Origin: an uncultured Acidobacteriota bacterium
Lineage (GTDB): Bacteria; Acidobacteriota; Thermoanaerobaculia; UBA5066
Direction: 5' to 3'
DNA: 51,797 nucleotides
Assembly: GCA_937888435.1 (NCBI GenBank)
Contig: CALAQS010000277.1
Location: 1 to 51,797 of the forward strand
Shown here: positions 11,187 through 21,500 of the stretch, piece after piece
How positions within the stretch are numbered: position 1 is the first letter of the stretch
Layout of the letters: every line of letters starts with the position of its first letter
Notes under the pieces: generated by a model
Databases searched by the model: none
Seen by the model: the letters and a program-made list of their open reading frames with translations, nothing else
What the model was told of the DNA's origin: nothing
Made by a program: the position numbers and the translations under genes

Positions 11187-12795
11187 CGCGGCGATTCCCG
11201 GGCCTTCCGCCTCCGCGGCGGACCCGAACGCCGCGATTCTCGCGGCGCACCAGAGGCTCGCGGAGCTCGACCCGTTTTCCGACCGCGAGCGGCTCTTCGA
11301 CGGGATCCTCGCCGCTCTCCTGACGGCGGCTCACTCCGAGCGCGGCGTCCTCGTGGATCCCCTGCAGGCGTCGAGCTCCGCGCGTCCGGGCGTAGAGCCG
11401 CCGGCCGATCCGCCGATCACGATCCCGCTCACCGCGCGGGACGAGACGCTCGCGCTTCTCGTGCTCGAAAAGCCCCCCTTAGAGCCGGTCGGCTTCGCGT
11501 CGGTCACCGCACACGCGGCGCGCCTCCTCGATTCTGTGCGGATGGCCGACAAGGTGCAGAAGGCGGACTTCGAGCTGAAGTACAGGGTCTGGGAGCTGCA
11601 GAGTCTGTACGACGTCGGGCTCTCCATCGCGGGCACCCTCGATTTCGAGTTGCTCGCCGAGGACATTCTTTACAAGTCCATCTCGCTCCTCAATGCGCGC
11701 ACGGGGACGCTCATCGTGTGCGACCGCGCGGCGGACGGCCCGGTCACCGTACGCCATCTCGGCGAGCCGCTTCTCGACGGCGTGGCCGCGCGGCTGCTTC
11801 CCGCGACGGTGCTCCGCTGCAACACGCTCGCCGAGCGGGTGGGACTCCTCGTGCACGCCCCTGCCGAGAAGCTCCTCGCCGTGCCGATCCTCGCCGAGGG
11901 ACGCTGGCTCGGCGTGCTCGTCGTGGCCGACAAGGAGAATCGCGACGGCTCGATCGACGACTTCACCGAATCCGACGAGCGCGTGGCGTCGCTCTTCGCG
12001 AATCAGGCCGCGATCGCGCTCGAGAACGCGCGCCTGCACCGCGAGGCGGTCGAGAAGGAGAAGATGGAGCGGGAGATCGAGCTCGCCGCCTCCATCCAGA
12101 AGACCATTCTCCCCGAGACGCTCCCGGACGTACCGGGGCTCCTCGTGGCCGGCGGGAACCGGCCGACGAAGCAGGTCGGGGGCGATTACTTCGACGTCTA
12201 CCCGCTCGCGGACGGGCGCACGGCGCTCTGCGTCGCCGACGTCTCGGGCAAGGGCGTGCCCGCGGCGCTCCTCGTGTCCACGGTCCACGCCTGCCTCCAT
12301 CTTCTCGTGCCGGACGGCGCCTCCGACCTGCCCGCTCTCGTGGCGCGCGTGAACCGCCATCTCGTGGGCTTCTCCTCGACCCGCAAGTTCGCGACCCTGT
12401 TCATCGCCGTCTACGATCCCGCGAAAGGGACGCTCACGTACGTGAACGCGGGCCACAACCCCGGGCTCTGGGTCTCGCCGGGGGGCGTGACGCTGCTGCC
12501 GAGCGGCGGCGTGCCCGTCGGAATGATGCCGGGCGTCACGCACACGCAGGCCGTGATCCAGATCGCGCCCGGCGACACGCTTCTCCTGTACTCCGACGGA
12601 ATCACCGAAGCGCTGAACGGCGCCGACGAGGAGTTCGGCATGGAGCGTCTCACCGCGTTGGCCGTCGAGGGGCGCGCGCAGCCTCCCGCCGAGCTTTCCC
12701 GGCGCATCTTCGGCGCGGTGAGCGACTTCACGACCGGCGTCGCGCAGTACGACGACCAGACGGTGCTCATCGCGCGGGTCGTGTCGCTGGCGTGA
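11125..12795 (+). CDS. GAF-PP2C (RsbU-like) serine phosphatase; start codon uncertain
   Basis: GAF ending NQAAIALENARLH; VGGDYFD, ADVSGKG, YVNAGHNP, YSDGITEA, DDQT. Confidence 0.92.
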   Translation: MRASSPLPSPPSPGSGARPSSAAIPGPSASAADPNAAILAAHQRLAELDPFSDRERLFDGILAALLTAAHSERGVLVDPLQASSSARPGVEPPADPPITIPLTARDETLALLVLEKPPLEPVGFASVTAHAARLLDSVRMADKVQKADFELKYRVWELQSLYDVGLSIAGTLDFELLAEDILYKSISLLNARTGTLIVCDRAADGPVTVRHLGEPLLDGVAARLLPATVLRCNTLAERVGLLVHAPAEKLLAVPILAEGRWLGVLVVADKENRDGSIDDFTESDERVASLFANQAAIALENARLHREAVEKEKMEREIELAASIQKTILPETLPDVPGLLVAGGNRPTKQVGGDYFDVYPLADGRTALCVADVSGKGVPAALLVSTVHACLHLLVPDGASDLPALVARVNRHLVGFSSTRKFATLFIAVYDPAKGTLTYVNAGHNPGLWVSPGGVTLLPSGGVPVGMMPGVTHTQAVIQIAPGDTLLLYSDGITEALNGADEEFGMERLTALAVEGRAQPPAELSRRIFGAVSDFTTGVAQYDDQTVLIARVVSLA

Positions 12796-14156
12796 GGCTT
12801 CGCGGAGGAACCCTCGTCGTGGTGGCGCTCGGAGTCGCGGCCTGCACGTTCTCGCGGGATATCACGATCCTGCCTCACCGGCTCGTAAGGTCTTTTCCGA
12901 TCGGGCTCGTGAGCTCCTACAACGCCGAAGAGCAGCTCCAACGCGGGTACATCCCCGAGGTCTCCGAGTTTCTCGCCGGACCGGGCGGCCAAAGCCTCGA
13001 CGCGGTCCGCCTCGACCGGCTGGCCGGCCAGGTGCTTCTCGAGCGCGGTGACTTTCACGGCGCCGCGCCGCGGCTCGAACGCGCTCTGGCGGGCACGGGC
13101 CGCGCGTCTGACCGCGCGGACCTCGCGTGGCTCCTGTCGCAGGCCGCGTACTGGGAAGGAAACTTCCCCTCCGCGGGCCGCTGGGGGCGCGTGGCGCAGC
13201 GCGAGGGCAAACGCGTGCCGGACGGCTGGCTCGTCTTCATGGAGTCGCAGGCCGCCCGCGTGCTCTACGGCGGCGCGGCAGCGGGAGAACGCCTCTCGCT
13301 CCCCGTCGGGTTCGGGCGGCCAAATCTCCTGCGCGTCGCCGTGCGCGTGAACGGGCGTCCCGCGGAGGAGATGGTCCTCGACTCGGGCGCGTCGCTGTCT
13401 CTGCTGACGGAGAGCGCGGCGGCCCGCCTCGGCGTGACGTTCGTCCCGGGCGCCACGGCCATGGCGAAGGGTCTGCACGAAGCGGACCTCCCGATGCGCC
13501 TCGGCTGGGTCGATTCCATGCGCGTCGGCGATCTCACGCTGACGGACGTCCCGGTCGGCGTCCTGCCGGACGGCACGCTCACGTTCGAGACGGCACCGTC
13601 CGGAGTCTTCCGCCTGAACGGAGTCCTCGGCGTCCATCTCATGAAGGAATTCGACTGGAGAATCGAGTTCAAAGACCGCCTCCTCCAGGCGCGACGGCTC
13701 GACCGGCGCATCCTGCGCGGCTCGAAGGACCAGAATCTCTTTTTCCGGCGGATGAAACCCATGGTGCGCGCCTCGCTCAACGGGCAGCCGTGGTCGCTCT
13801 TCCTCCTCGACACCGGGTCGGAGCCGTCGATGATCACGCGCGGCGGGCTGCGAAAGACGCACCTCTTCGAACCGGAGGCGGCGTACCCGATCACCCTCGA
13901 GGGGATCGGACAGTCGCGCGTGTCGTGGTCCAAGATCTCGAACGTGACGGTGGGTGTCTCGGCCTACATGGTCCGGTTCAAGGACATCGTCGTGAAGGAA
14001 GAGGCGGACGGGATCGAGGACGGCATCCTCGGCGCGTCGTTTCTTTCCTCGTTCGACGTGGAGATCCGGTTCGGCGCGATGACGCTCGTGCTCGAAAACC
14101 CGTTGGAGCGCCACCTGCGCCAGACGAGGGCGGCCCCGCAGGAGATCGCACGATAG
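12792..14156 (+). CDS. Putative lipoprotein with two retropepsin-like aspartyl protease domains
   Basis: GTG overlapping the upstream TGA (GTGA); lipobox-like LGVAAC; TPR-like N-part; catalytic MVLDSGAS and FLLDTGSE, with closing motifs GVLG and DGILG. Confidence 0.82.
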   Translation: MRLRGGTLVVVALGVAACTFSRDITILPHRLVRSFPIGLVSSYNAEEQLQRGYIPEVSEFLAGPGGQSLDAVRLDRLAGQVLLERGDFHGAAPRLERALAGTGRASDRADLAWLLSQAAYWEGNFPSAGRWGRVAQREGKRVPDGWLVFMESQAARVLYGGAAAGERLSLPVGFGRPNLLRVAVRVNGRPAEEMVLDSGASLSLLTESAAARLGVTFVPGATAMAKGLHEADLPMRLGWVDSMRVGDLTLTDVPVGVLPDGTLTFETAPSGVFRLNGVLGVHLMKEFDWRIEFKDRLLQARRLDRRILRGSKDQNLFFRRMKPMVRASLNGQPWSLFLLDTGSEPSMITRGGLRKTHLFEPEAAYPITLEGIGQSRVSWSKISNVTVGVSAYMVRFKDIVVKEEADGIEDGILGASFLSSFDVEIRFGAMTLVLENPLERHLRQTRAAPQEIAR

Positions 14157-14157
14157 A

Positions 14158-14925
14158 ATGAGGTGCGTGCAGGAGCGCCATCCACGGGGAGCGGCGGCGG
14201 CCGCCGCGCTCGCGGCAATGGTCGTCCTCCACGCGGGAGGCTGCCAGGGTCCGGCCGATCCCATGCAGAAGAAGCGGAACGACATGGTCGAGCGCCAGAT
14301 CGCGGCGCGCGGGATTCGGGATCCGCGCGTCCTCGAAGCGATGCGCACCGTGCCCCGCCACCTCTTCGTCCCGCTCGCGGAGGAAGCGTCCGCGTACGAC
14401 GACCGGCCGCTTCCCATCGGGAGCGGCCAGACGATCTCGCAGCCTTACGTCGTGGCCTTCATGGCCGAGCAGCTTCGCCTGACCGGGAAAGAGAAGGTCC
14501 TCGAGATCGGGACGGGCTCGGGCTACTCGACGGCGATCCTCGCGGCCCTGGCCACGAAAGTCTTCTCGATCGAGATCCGCCCCGAGCTGTCGCGCCAGGC
14601 GAAGGAGCACCTCGAGAAGCTGGGCGTGAAGAACGTCGAGCTGAAGGCGGCCGACGGCTACCGCGGCTGGCCCGAGGAAGCCCCGTTCGACGCGATTCTC
14701 GTCACCGCCGCTCCGGAGCGGATCCCGCCCCCTCTCCTCGAGCAGCTCGCCCCGGAAGGGCGGATGGTCATCCCGGTCGGCGCGTTCTACCAGGAGCTGA
14801 AAGTGATCAAGCGGCAGGGCGGCGGCTACTCGGAGAAAAGCGTCCTGCCCGTGCGGTTCGTGCCGTTCGTGGGTGAGGCCGAGGGCGCCCCGCCCCCGGC
14901 CCGCGACCCCGGAGCCTCGCGATGA
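14158..14925 (+). CDS. pcm: Protein-L-isoaspartate O-methyltransferase
   Basis: VPRHLFVP, GQTISQPY, VLEIGTGSGY, APFDAILVTAA, VRFVP. Confidence 0.95.
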   Translation: MRCVQERHPRGAAAAAALAAMVVLHAGGCQGPADPMQKKRNDMVERQIAARGIRDPRVLEAMRTVPRHLFVPLAEEASAYDDRPLPIGSGQTISQPYVVAFMAEQLRLTGKEKVLEIGTGSGYSTAILAALATKVFSIEIRPELSRQAKEHLEKLGVKNVELKAADGYRGWPEEAPFDAILVTAAPERIPPPLLEQLAPEGRMVIPVGAFYQELKVIKRQGGGYSEKSVLPVRFVPFVGEAEGAPPPARDPGASR

Positions 14926-15200
14926 GCGCCGGGACGGCGCTCACGAATCCCACGGTCCTTCTCGAACGCGTGCCCGTAAGGGAGCGCGGCGCGTCGCTGA
15001 CGCGCTCGGCCTGGCGCATCGCGGTGACGGCGAATGAAGGCACGGGCACGATCGTCCGCCTCGAGGCGTCGGACGGCGCGGTTCATTTCCGCGGCGACGG
15101 CCTGTTTCTCGGCTGGGGCGCGGACGAGATGGGCTCCGCCTGGGACGTGCTCGCGCGCTCCGACGCCCCGCCCGAGCCCGAGCTCATGCAGCTCGGGTGA
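14922..15200 (+). CDS. Hypothetical 92-aa protein translationally coupled to pcm
   Basis: ATGA overlap with the pcm stop; codon usage like neighbouring genes. Confidence 0.6.
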   Translation: MSAGTALTNPTVLLERVPVRERGASLTRSAWRIAVTANEGTGTIVRLEASDGAVHFRGDGLFLGWGADEMGSAWDVLARSDAPPEPELMQLG

Positions 15201-15235
15201 GATGACAGTCAAACGTTTTTTCTCTTGGAGGACTC

Positions 15236-16018
15236 ATGCGATTTTCGACCCTCACTCTCACGGCTTTCGTACTCGCCGCCGGCTCGGCCGCGGCCTCCGA
15301 CGACCTGACGATCGTCTCGAAGCACACGCACGACGGCAAACCGGCGGGCACGTCCACGAGCTATCTCACCAGCGACCACGTGCGGATGGCCAGTGAAGAA
15401 GGACACGAGACGATTGTCGATTTGAAAACCGGTGTGATGACGATGCTGGACGGCAAGAAGAAGACCTACTACACCGTCACGAAGCAGGACATGGAACAGC
15501 TCGCGGCCAAGATGAAGGAGAGGATGAACGACCCGGAGACGAAGAAGGCCATGGAGATGATGGCCAGCATGAGCGGCTCGATGGCGACGTCGTTCGACGT
15601 GAAGAAGACGGGGGCGACGCGGAAGATCGCCGGGTACGGCTGCGAGGAATGGGCGATCACGATGGGCACGCTCTCCACGATCAAGGAGTGCGTCTCGACC
15701 GAGCTGCAGTACCCCGCCCACGCCTGGGACGCCTACAAGGACTTCGCCGAGAGCATGAAGAACATGATGAGCGCCTTCGGACCCATGGCGAAGAGCGGCG
15801 CCGAGCTGGCCGAGAAGATGAAGAACATGAAGGGATTTCCCCTCGGCTCCTCGACGGTCGTGGACGTCATGGGTCACAAGACCACCACGGAGAGCGAAGT
15901 GACGGAGGTCCGGAAGGGCTCGATTCCGGCATCCGCATGGGAGATTCCGGCCGGCTACACGAAGGTCGAGAACCCCATGCTGAAGGCATTCGAAGGCCAC
16001 GGCCACTCTCATCGTTGA
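15236..16018 (+). CDS. Secreted Met-rich protein, probably DUF4412-like
   Basis: SD GGAGG, signal peptide ending AAA-S, KTGATRKIAGYGCEEW and EIPAGYTKV motifs. Confidence 0.7.
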   Translation: MRFSTLTLTAFVLAAGSAAASDDLTIVSKHTHDGKPAGTSTSYLTSDHVRMASEEGHETIVDLKTGVMTMLDGKKKTYYTVTKQDMEQLAAKMKERMNDPETKKAMEMMASMSGSMATSFDVKKTGATRKIAGYGCEEWAITMGTLSTIKECVSTELQYPAHAWDAYKDFAESMKNMMSAFGPMAKSGAELAEKMKNMKGFPLGSSTVVDVMGHKTTTESEVTEVRKGSIPASAWEIPAGYTKVENPMLKAFEGHGHSHR

Positions 16019-16077
16019 TCGGGCTCGACCCCGACGGAGGCCCGTACGGCTGATCAGAGGCGCTGACGGGGGCGGGC

Positions 16078-16878
16078 CTAAATCCCTGCCCAGCCCGGCT
16101 CCAGGCGCGTCCAGCCCTCCTCGATCGCCCACAGATCCATCGCGAGCGAGACGAGGTCGTCCACCTCGGGCAGCGGCCGCGCGTCGAGCGTGAGGTCGAG
16201 CGACTTGACGTAGCGGCGGCACGTCTCGCAGGCCTCGATGCGAACGTTCTTGTGCACGTCGCTCTGGAAGCTCGGCAGCTTCGTGGGATCTTCCTCCTGG
16301 CAGGATGGGCAGCGGATTCGGTTGAAGGCCCACTCCGTCCCGCAGAGCCCGCAGACGAGGTAGCGCGCGGCGCCGTTGGAGTCGGGCAGCTCCTTGCGGA
16401 AGGAGACGATCGGGGCGGAGCCGCAGGCGGGGCAGTGGCCTTCGTGCCGGGGCCGGTCGGCCGCGATGCCCGCGCGAGCGAGGACCTCGGCGAACGGGCG
16501 AAGGAACGCCCGCGACAGATAGTCCTCCAGCGCATCGCGTCCGCCTTCCCAGTAGACGCGGAGCCGGGTGGCGGCGGTCGTCGGGTCGTCACTCGCGCGA
16601 GTCTCCGCGGCCTCCGCCAGCTCCGGCGGCCCGTCGGCGGCGGCGAAAGAAAGCAGAGGGGGCAGCAGATCGGCGATGCGCGGCAGGTCGGCCGCCCCGC
16701 CCGAGAACGGCGCGTCGGCGTGCCGCGCCGAGATGGCCGCGGCAAGACGCCCCTGCAGGCGGAAGAGCTTCGCGGCGAAGACGAGGGGCTCGGCGACGGC
16801 AGGGGCCGACGCGGCGAGCAGCTCGGCGCGCGCAGTACGCTTTTCGAATTGATCGGAGACGTTCATCGAGGTCGCCAC
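16078..16878 (-). CDS. fdhE: Formate dehydrogenase accessory protein FdhE; start may be ATG 16866
   Basis: CPACGSAP, RYLVCGLCGTEW, RIRCPSC, CETCRRYVK, DDLVSLAMD; last gene of the fdh operon. Confidence 0.92.
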   Translation of the reverse strand: MATSMNVSDQFEKRTARAELLAASAPAVAEPLVFAAKLFRLQGRLAAAISARHADAPFSGGAADLPRIADLLPPLLSFAAADGPPELAEAAETRASDDPTTAATRLRVYWEGGRDALEDYLSRAFLRPFAEVLARAGIAADRPRHEGHCPACGSAPIVSFRKELPDSNGAARYLVCGLCGTEWAFNRIRCPSCQEEDPTKLPSFQSDVHKNVRIEACETCRRYVKSLDLTLDARPLPEVDDLVSLAMDLWAIEEGWTRLEPGWAGI

Positions 16879-16941
16879 GGCCCTTGGCTCTTTCTGCGAC
16901 AGAGTGCCGCAAAAAACGAAAAAGACAACCAGGACCCGAGG

Positions 16942-17631
16942 CTACTTCTGTCCCGTCACTTCCCGGTACCAGCGCGGGTGGTGCAGTCGTGCCCAGGCCT
17001 TCGTGACGGTCCCACGCACCATGGATCCGAAGGTGCCCGGCTCGGCGGCCGTGCCGAGGTAGATGTGCCAGATGATCGCGGCCGAGAACAGGATGAACGT
17101 GACGTCATGGAGCAGAATCGAAAGCTCGCGAACGAGCTGAGAGAAGCTGAGCGGGTACCACATGACGACGCCAGACACGAGGAGTCCGAGCGCGCCGAGC
17201 GAAACGGCGAAAAAGAAAAGCTTCTGGCCCCCGTTGTACTTCCCGACTTCCGAGTCGTCGCCCTGATACTTGAGGTATTTCCAGGCCCGCGGGCCGAGCC
17301 AGTCCTTTTCGTTCGGCTCGAGCTTCATGTCGCCCAACCAGTGGAAAAACTGGACGGTGGAGATCACCGTGAAGACGATGCCCGCCCATGGGTGAATGAA
17401 CCGGCAGACCGAGAGGCCCCCGAAGAGGTCCGCCATCCAGCGGAAAAAGGGAGTCCAGATCGGCATCCCGGTGAGCACCGAGACGAAGAAGCTGAGAGCG
17501 ACGCTCCAGTGGATGAGGCGCGACGAGAGGCGGTGCCGGACGATCTCGTTTCCGACGGCGACGTCTTCACGATCCCGGGCGACGGTTACCGCGTCGTCCA
17601 ACGCACGGTCGCGGATCGGGACAGCGCTCAT
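16942..17631 (-). CDS. fdnI: Formate dehydrogenase gamma subunit (cytochrome b556)
   Basis: RLIHW, FIHPWAG, GKYNGGQK, WHIY, WARLHHPRWY; four TM helices. Confidence 0.93.
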   Translation of the reverse strand: MSAVPIRDRALDDAVTVARDREDVAVGNEIVRHRLSSRLIHWSVALSFFVSVLTGMPIWTPFFRWMADLFGGLSVCRFIHPWAGIVFTVISTVQFFHWLGDMKLEPNEKDWLGPRAWKYLKYQGDDSEVGKYNGGQKLFFFAVSLGALGLLVSGVVMWYPLSFSQLVRELSILLHDVTFILFSAAIIWHIYLGTAAEPGTFGSMVRGTVTKAWARLHHPRWYREVTGQK

Positions 17632-17653
17632 GGTGTTTTCTTCCTCTCCCCGC

Positions 17654-18538
17654 TCACACCTGCGGGAGGTTGGTCTCGGAATCCGCCGAGCCCTGCACTT
17701 GCTTGGCGCCGAAATTGAAGTAGTGGCCGACGGCGGCTACGAACGCGCCCGCGATCGCCAGCAAGCCGACGGGTCGGAGGATGTTCTTCCAGAACCTGAC
17801 TCCCAGCGGCACGTGCGGGTCGCGCGGCAGGCCATACCATTCCGGATGATCCGCGTGCGCGAGGACCGTGACGACGCTCGTCCCGCCGACGCCTTGCGGG
17901 TCGTAGAGCGCGGCGGTCGTGAAGCCACCCTTCTTGAGCTGATCCACGCGGAGACTCCCCAGCGCGACCATGTCTTCCTTGGTGCCGAAATGCAGGCAGC
18001 CGGTCGGACAGGCTTTCACGCACGCCGGCTCGAGTCCCACCGACGAACGGTCCACGCACAGCGTGCACTTCGCCATCTTTCCGGTCTTCGCGTGGAACTT
18101 CGGTACGTCGAAGGGGCAGCCCGTCTCGCAGTAGCCGCAGCCGATGCAGTTGTCCTGATTCACGTCCACGATCCCGTTGGCGTACTGCACGATGGCGCCC
18201 GGCGCGGGACAGGCTTCCAGACATCCCGGCTCGGCGCAGTGCATGCACTGGTCCTTGCGCATGAGCCACATCAGGCCGCCCTCGACTTCGCGTTCGTCGA
18301 AGCGGATGAGATTCCAGAAGCCCGCGTCGAGCGTCGGCATCGTCTGGTAGGTACCGACCTGTTGCGTCGAGAGCGGAGGCAGGTCATTCCATTCCTGGCA
18401 GGCCACCTCACAGGCTTTGCACCCGATGCATGTGGACGTGTCGATGTACTTGGCGACGGTGGGTACGCTTCGCATGCCCGAGGGACTTCCCCAGACCGAG
18501 GCGGAGGAGCGGCGGATCTCGAGGCTCTGTACGCTCAC
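17654..18538 (-). CDS. fdnH: Formate dehydrogenase beta (iron-sulfur) subunit
   Basis: CIGCKACEVAC, CMHCAEPGCLEACP, CIGCGYCETGCP, KCTLC; C-terminal TM helix. Confidence 0.95.
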   Translation of the reverse strand: MSVQSLEIRRSSASVWGSPSGMRSVPTVAKYIDTSTCIGCKACEVACQEWNDLPPLSTQQVGTYQTMPTLDAGFWNLIRFDEREVEGGLMWLMRKDQCMHCAEPGCLEACPAPGAIVQYANGIVDVNQDNCIGCGYCETGCPFDVPKFHAKTGKMAKCTLCVDRSSVGLEPACVKACPTGCLHFGTKEDMVALGSLRVDQLKKGGFTTAALYDPQGVGGTSVVTVLAHADHPEWYGLPRDPHVPLGVRFWKNILRPVGLLAIAGAFVAAVGHYFNFGAKQVQGSADSETNLPQV

Positions 18539-18551
18539 GATCGTCTCCCCC

Positions 18552-21500
18552 TCACGCCTTCTCGAGCTTGACGAGGAATGTCTTGAACTCGGGCGTCCAC
18601 GTGTTCGGATCCATGGCGGAGGGCGTCAGGAAATTCGCCAGCGGTCCGGTATGCCCGGTGTCGCCGGCCGCGTAGCCCCAGTGGAGGGGGAAGCCGATCT
18701 GCCAAAACTCCTTCCCGTTGATCTTCAGAGGAAATAGCCTCTTCGTGACCATCGCGACGCCTTCGATCGAGCCTCGCGCGGAGGAGACCTTCACCTTAGA
18801 TCCGTTCGCGATGCCTTTCTGCTCGGCGAGCGCGACCGGGATCTCGACGAAGAAACCGGGCTGAAGCTGGTTGAGGATGTTGGTGTGCTTCGTCCAGTAG
18901 TGGTAGTGCTCCGTGAGCCGGTATGTCGTGCAGACGACCGGGAAGTCCTCCTTCTTGCCGTAGACATCCTTGTCGGAGCTGAACTTCTTCGTCACGGGAC
19001 TCGATGTGACTTTCGGATGGAGGAGGTTCTCGACGGGGGCCTCGACGGACTCGTAATGCTCGGGGAACGGGCCGTCGTTGAGGGTCGCTGCGAAGAGTCG
19101 CGCGACGCCTTCCGCGTTCATGATGAAAGCGCCGAACTCGCCGGGCTTGCTGTCGGGCTTTATGTCGGGAACGTCGCCCACCCATTTCTCACCGTTCCAG
19201 ACGATGCCCGGCCGCGTCGGATCCCACGCTTTCCCTTCGGCGTCCGCCGAAGCGCGGTTGTACATGATGCGGCGGTTCGCGGGCCAGGAGAAACCCCAGT
19301 TGTGGTACATCCCGAGCCCGGTCGGATCGGCGGTCGAGCGGCGCTGAGCGTTGTTTCCCGCTTCCGTGTAGACGCCAAGGTGCAGCCAGTTTCCGCAGAG
19401 CGTGGAGCCGTCGTCCTGGAGCTGCCCGAAGTTCTCGAGCTGCTGGCCCGCCGTACGGATCATCTTCGTCTTGTCCTTCGGGTCCGGAATGTCGGTGATC
19501 GCCTTCCCGTTGATCTCCTTCAGTACTTCGCCGAGATCGGGTGCCGCCGGGTTCGTGTAGTTCCACGTGACGTTCAGGACCGAATCGGCGCCTGGGCCGC
19601 CTTCCTTCTTGTACAGGTCCCGGACCGCGAGGAAGATCCGCGCGAGGATTTCCTGGTCGGTTTTCGAGTTTCCGGGGGGGTCGATCGCCTTCCACTTCCA
19701 CTGCATCCATCGAGCGGAGTTCGTGAAGGTGCCGTCCTTCTCCGCGAAGCCCGACGCCGGAAGCTGGAAGACCTCGGTCGGGATCTTGGACGAGTCGGGT
19801 CCGCCGTACTCTTTCGGGGCCTTCCAGAACGTCGCCGTCTCGATCTCGTAGTTCTCGACCACGACCATCCACTTCAGCTTCGAGAGGGCGTTGATGATCT
19901 TCGAGCTGTTCGGTCCGATTCCGACGGGGTTCATGCCGAAGGTGATGAAGCCCTCGGGGACCGCTTCCTTGCCGCCGACCCGCATCGAGGAGCCGCGGTA
20001 CATGTCGTCGTAGATGTACATCCAGGAATAGTTGCCGTCGACTTTCGGGAGCCACGCGTAGCCGAAATCGTTCTCCTTCGTCGCGTTTTTGCCGTAGACG
20101 GCCTTCAGGAGCGAAATCATGAACTTCGAATAGTTCTGCCAGTAGTTCATCGACGCCCAGGCCTGTTTGTTGAGCGTCGTGGGCGTCGCGCTCTCGAGGT
20201 AGTCCTTCAGGGTCTGTTGGGGGCCCGCCGGCGTCTTGAGATATCCGGGCAGGATCTCGAACGTCCCGGCGAGATCGGTCGCGCCCTGGATGTTGGAATG
20301 CCCGCGCAGCGCGTTGACGCCGCCACCGGGCCGCCCCACGTTCCCCAGTAGCAGCTGCAGCATCGCCGCGCAGCGGATGATCTGGACTCCCACGGAGTGC
20401 TGCGTCCAGCCCAGCGCATACGTGATCGTGCCGACCCGCTGCGCGTTGCCCGTCGACGTGACGACCTCGCACACTTTGAGGAACGTCTCCTTCGGTGTGC
20501 CGCAGATCTTCTCGACGGTTTCCGGGGTGTAGCGGTCGACGTGTTTCTTCAGGAGCTGGAAGACGCAGCGCGGGTTCTCGAGCGTCGGGTCGACTCCGTA
20601 AGCCTTCGATTTCGCATCGGCCTCGTATCCCCAGTTTGCCTTGTCGTACTCGCCCTTGCCGGCGTCAAATCCCGAGAACAGCCCGTCGTCGAAACCGTAC
20701 TTTTCACCGATCAGGTAGGAAGCATTCGTGTAGAGCTTGACGTAGTCCTCGTGAAAGCGCTTCGTTTCGATCGCGTAGCGAATGACGCCGAGCAGGAACG
20801 CGATGTCGGAGCCCGCTCGCACCGGCGCATAGAGGTCGGCCACTGCGGCCGTGCGTGTGAAGCGCGGATCGACCGCAACGAGTTTGGCGCCGCGCGTCTT
20901 CTTCGCTTCGATGAACCACTTGAATCCGCACGGATGGTTCTCGGCGGGGTTTCCCCCCATCGCGAGGATGACGTCGGCGTTCTTGATGTCGACCCACCCG
21001 TTGGTCATCGCCCCGCGCCCGAACGTGGCGGCCAAACTGGCCACCGTGGGGCCGTGTCATACCCGGGCCTGACTGTCCCGGTACGGTATCCCCAGCGCGG
21101 TGATGAACTTCCACTGCAGGTAGTTGAACTCGTTCGTATCGGTACAGCCGCCGATCATCGCCATCCCCGGGTTACGGTTCACCACCTGGCCCTTCGCGTT
21201 CTTCTCGACGAAGCACTTGTCGCGGGTCGTCTTGATGTGCTTCGCGATCTGCGCGATCGCGTCGTCCCAGGAGATGGCCTCCCACTTATCGGAACCCGCC
21301 CGGCGGACCTTGGGGCTGGTGAGGCGATTGGGATTGTTGATGTCGTCCCGGAGGGTCGCGCCTTTCGGGCAGAGCGTGCCGCGGTTGATCGGATGGTCGG
21401 GATCGCCTTCGACGTGAACGACCGAGGCCGTCGCGTTCTTGGCCTTGTCCCCCAGGGTGTGGATGATCACGCCGCAGGAGACCGCGCAGTAGGGGCACGT

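Noticed and set aside
11718-12791. N-terminal extension of the 812-aa ORF as part of the protease
   Set aside because: Out-of-frame overlap with the phosphatase gene; GTG 12792 gives a signal peptide and stop-start coupling
14158-14925. pcm plus small peptide as an aspartimide RiPP cluster
   Set aside because: The enzyme looks like a standard repair PIMT, there is no cyclase, ATP-grasp or lanthipeptide synthetase nearby, and the 85-aa peptide has no Asp
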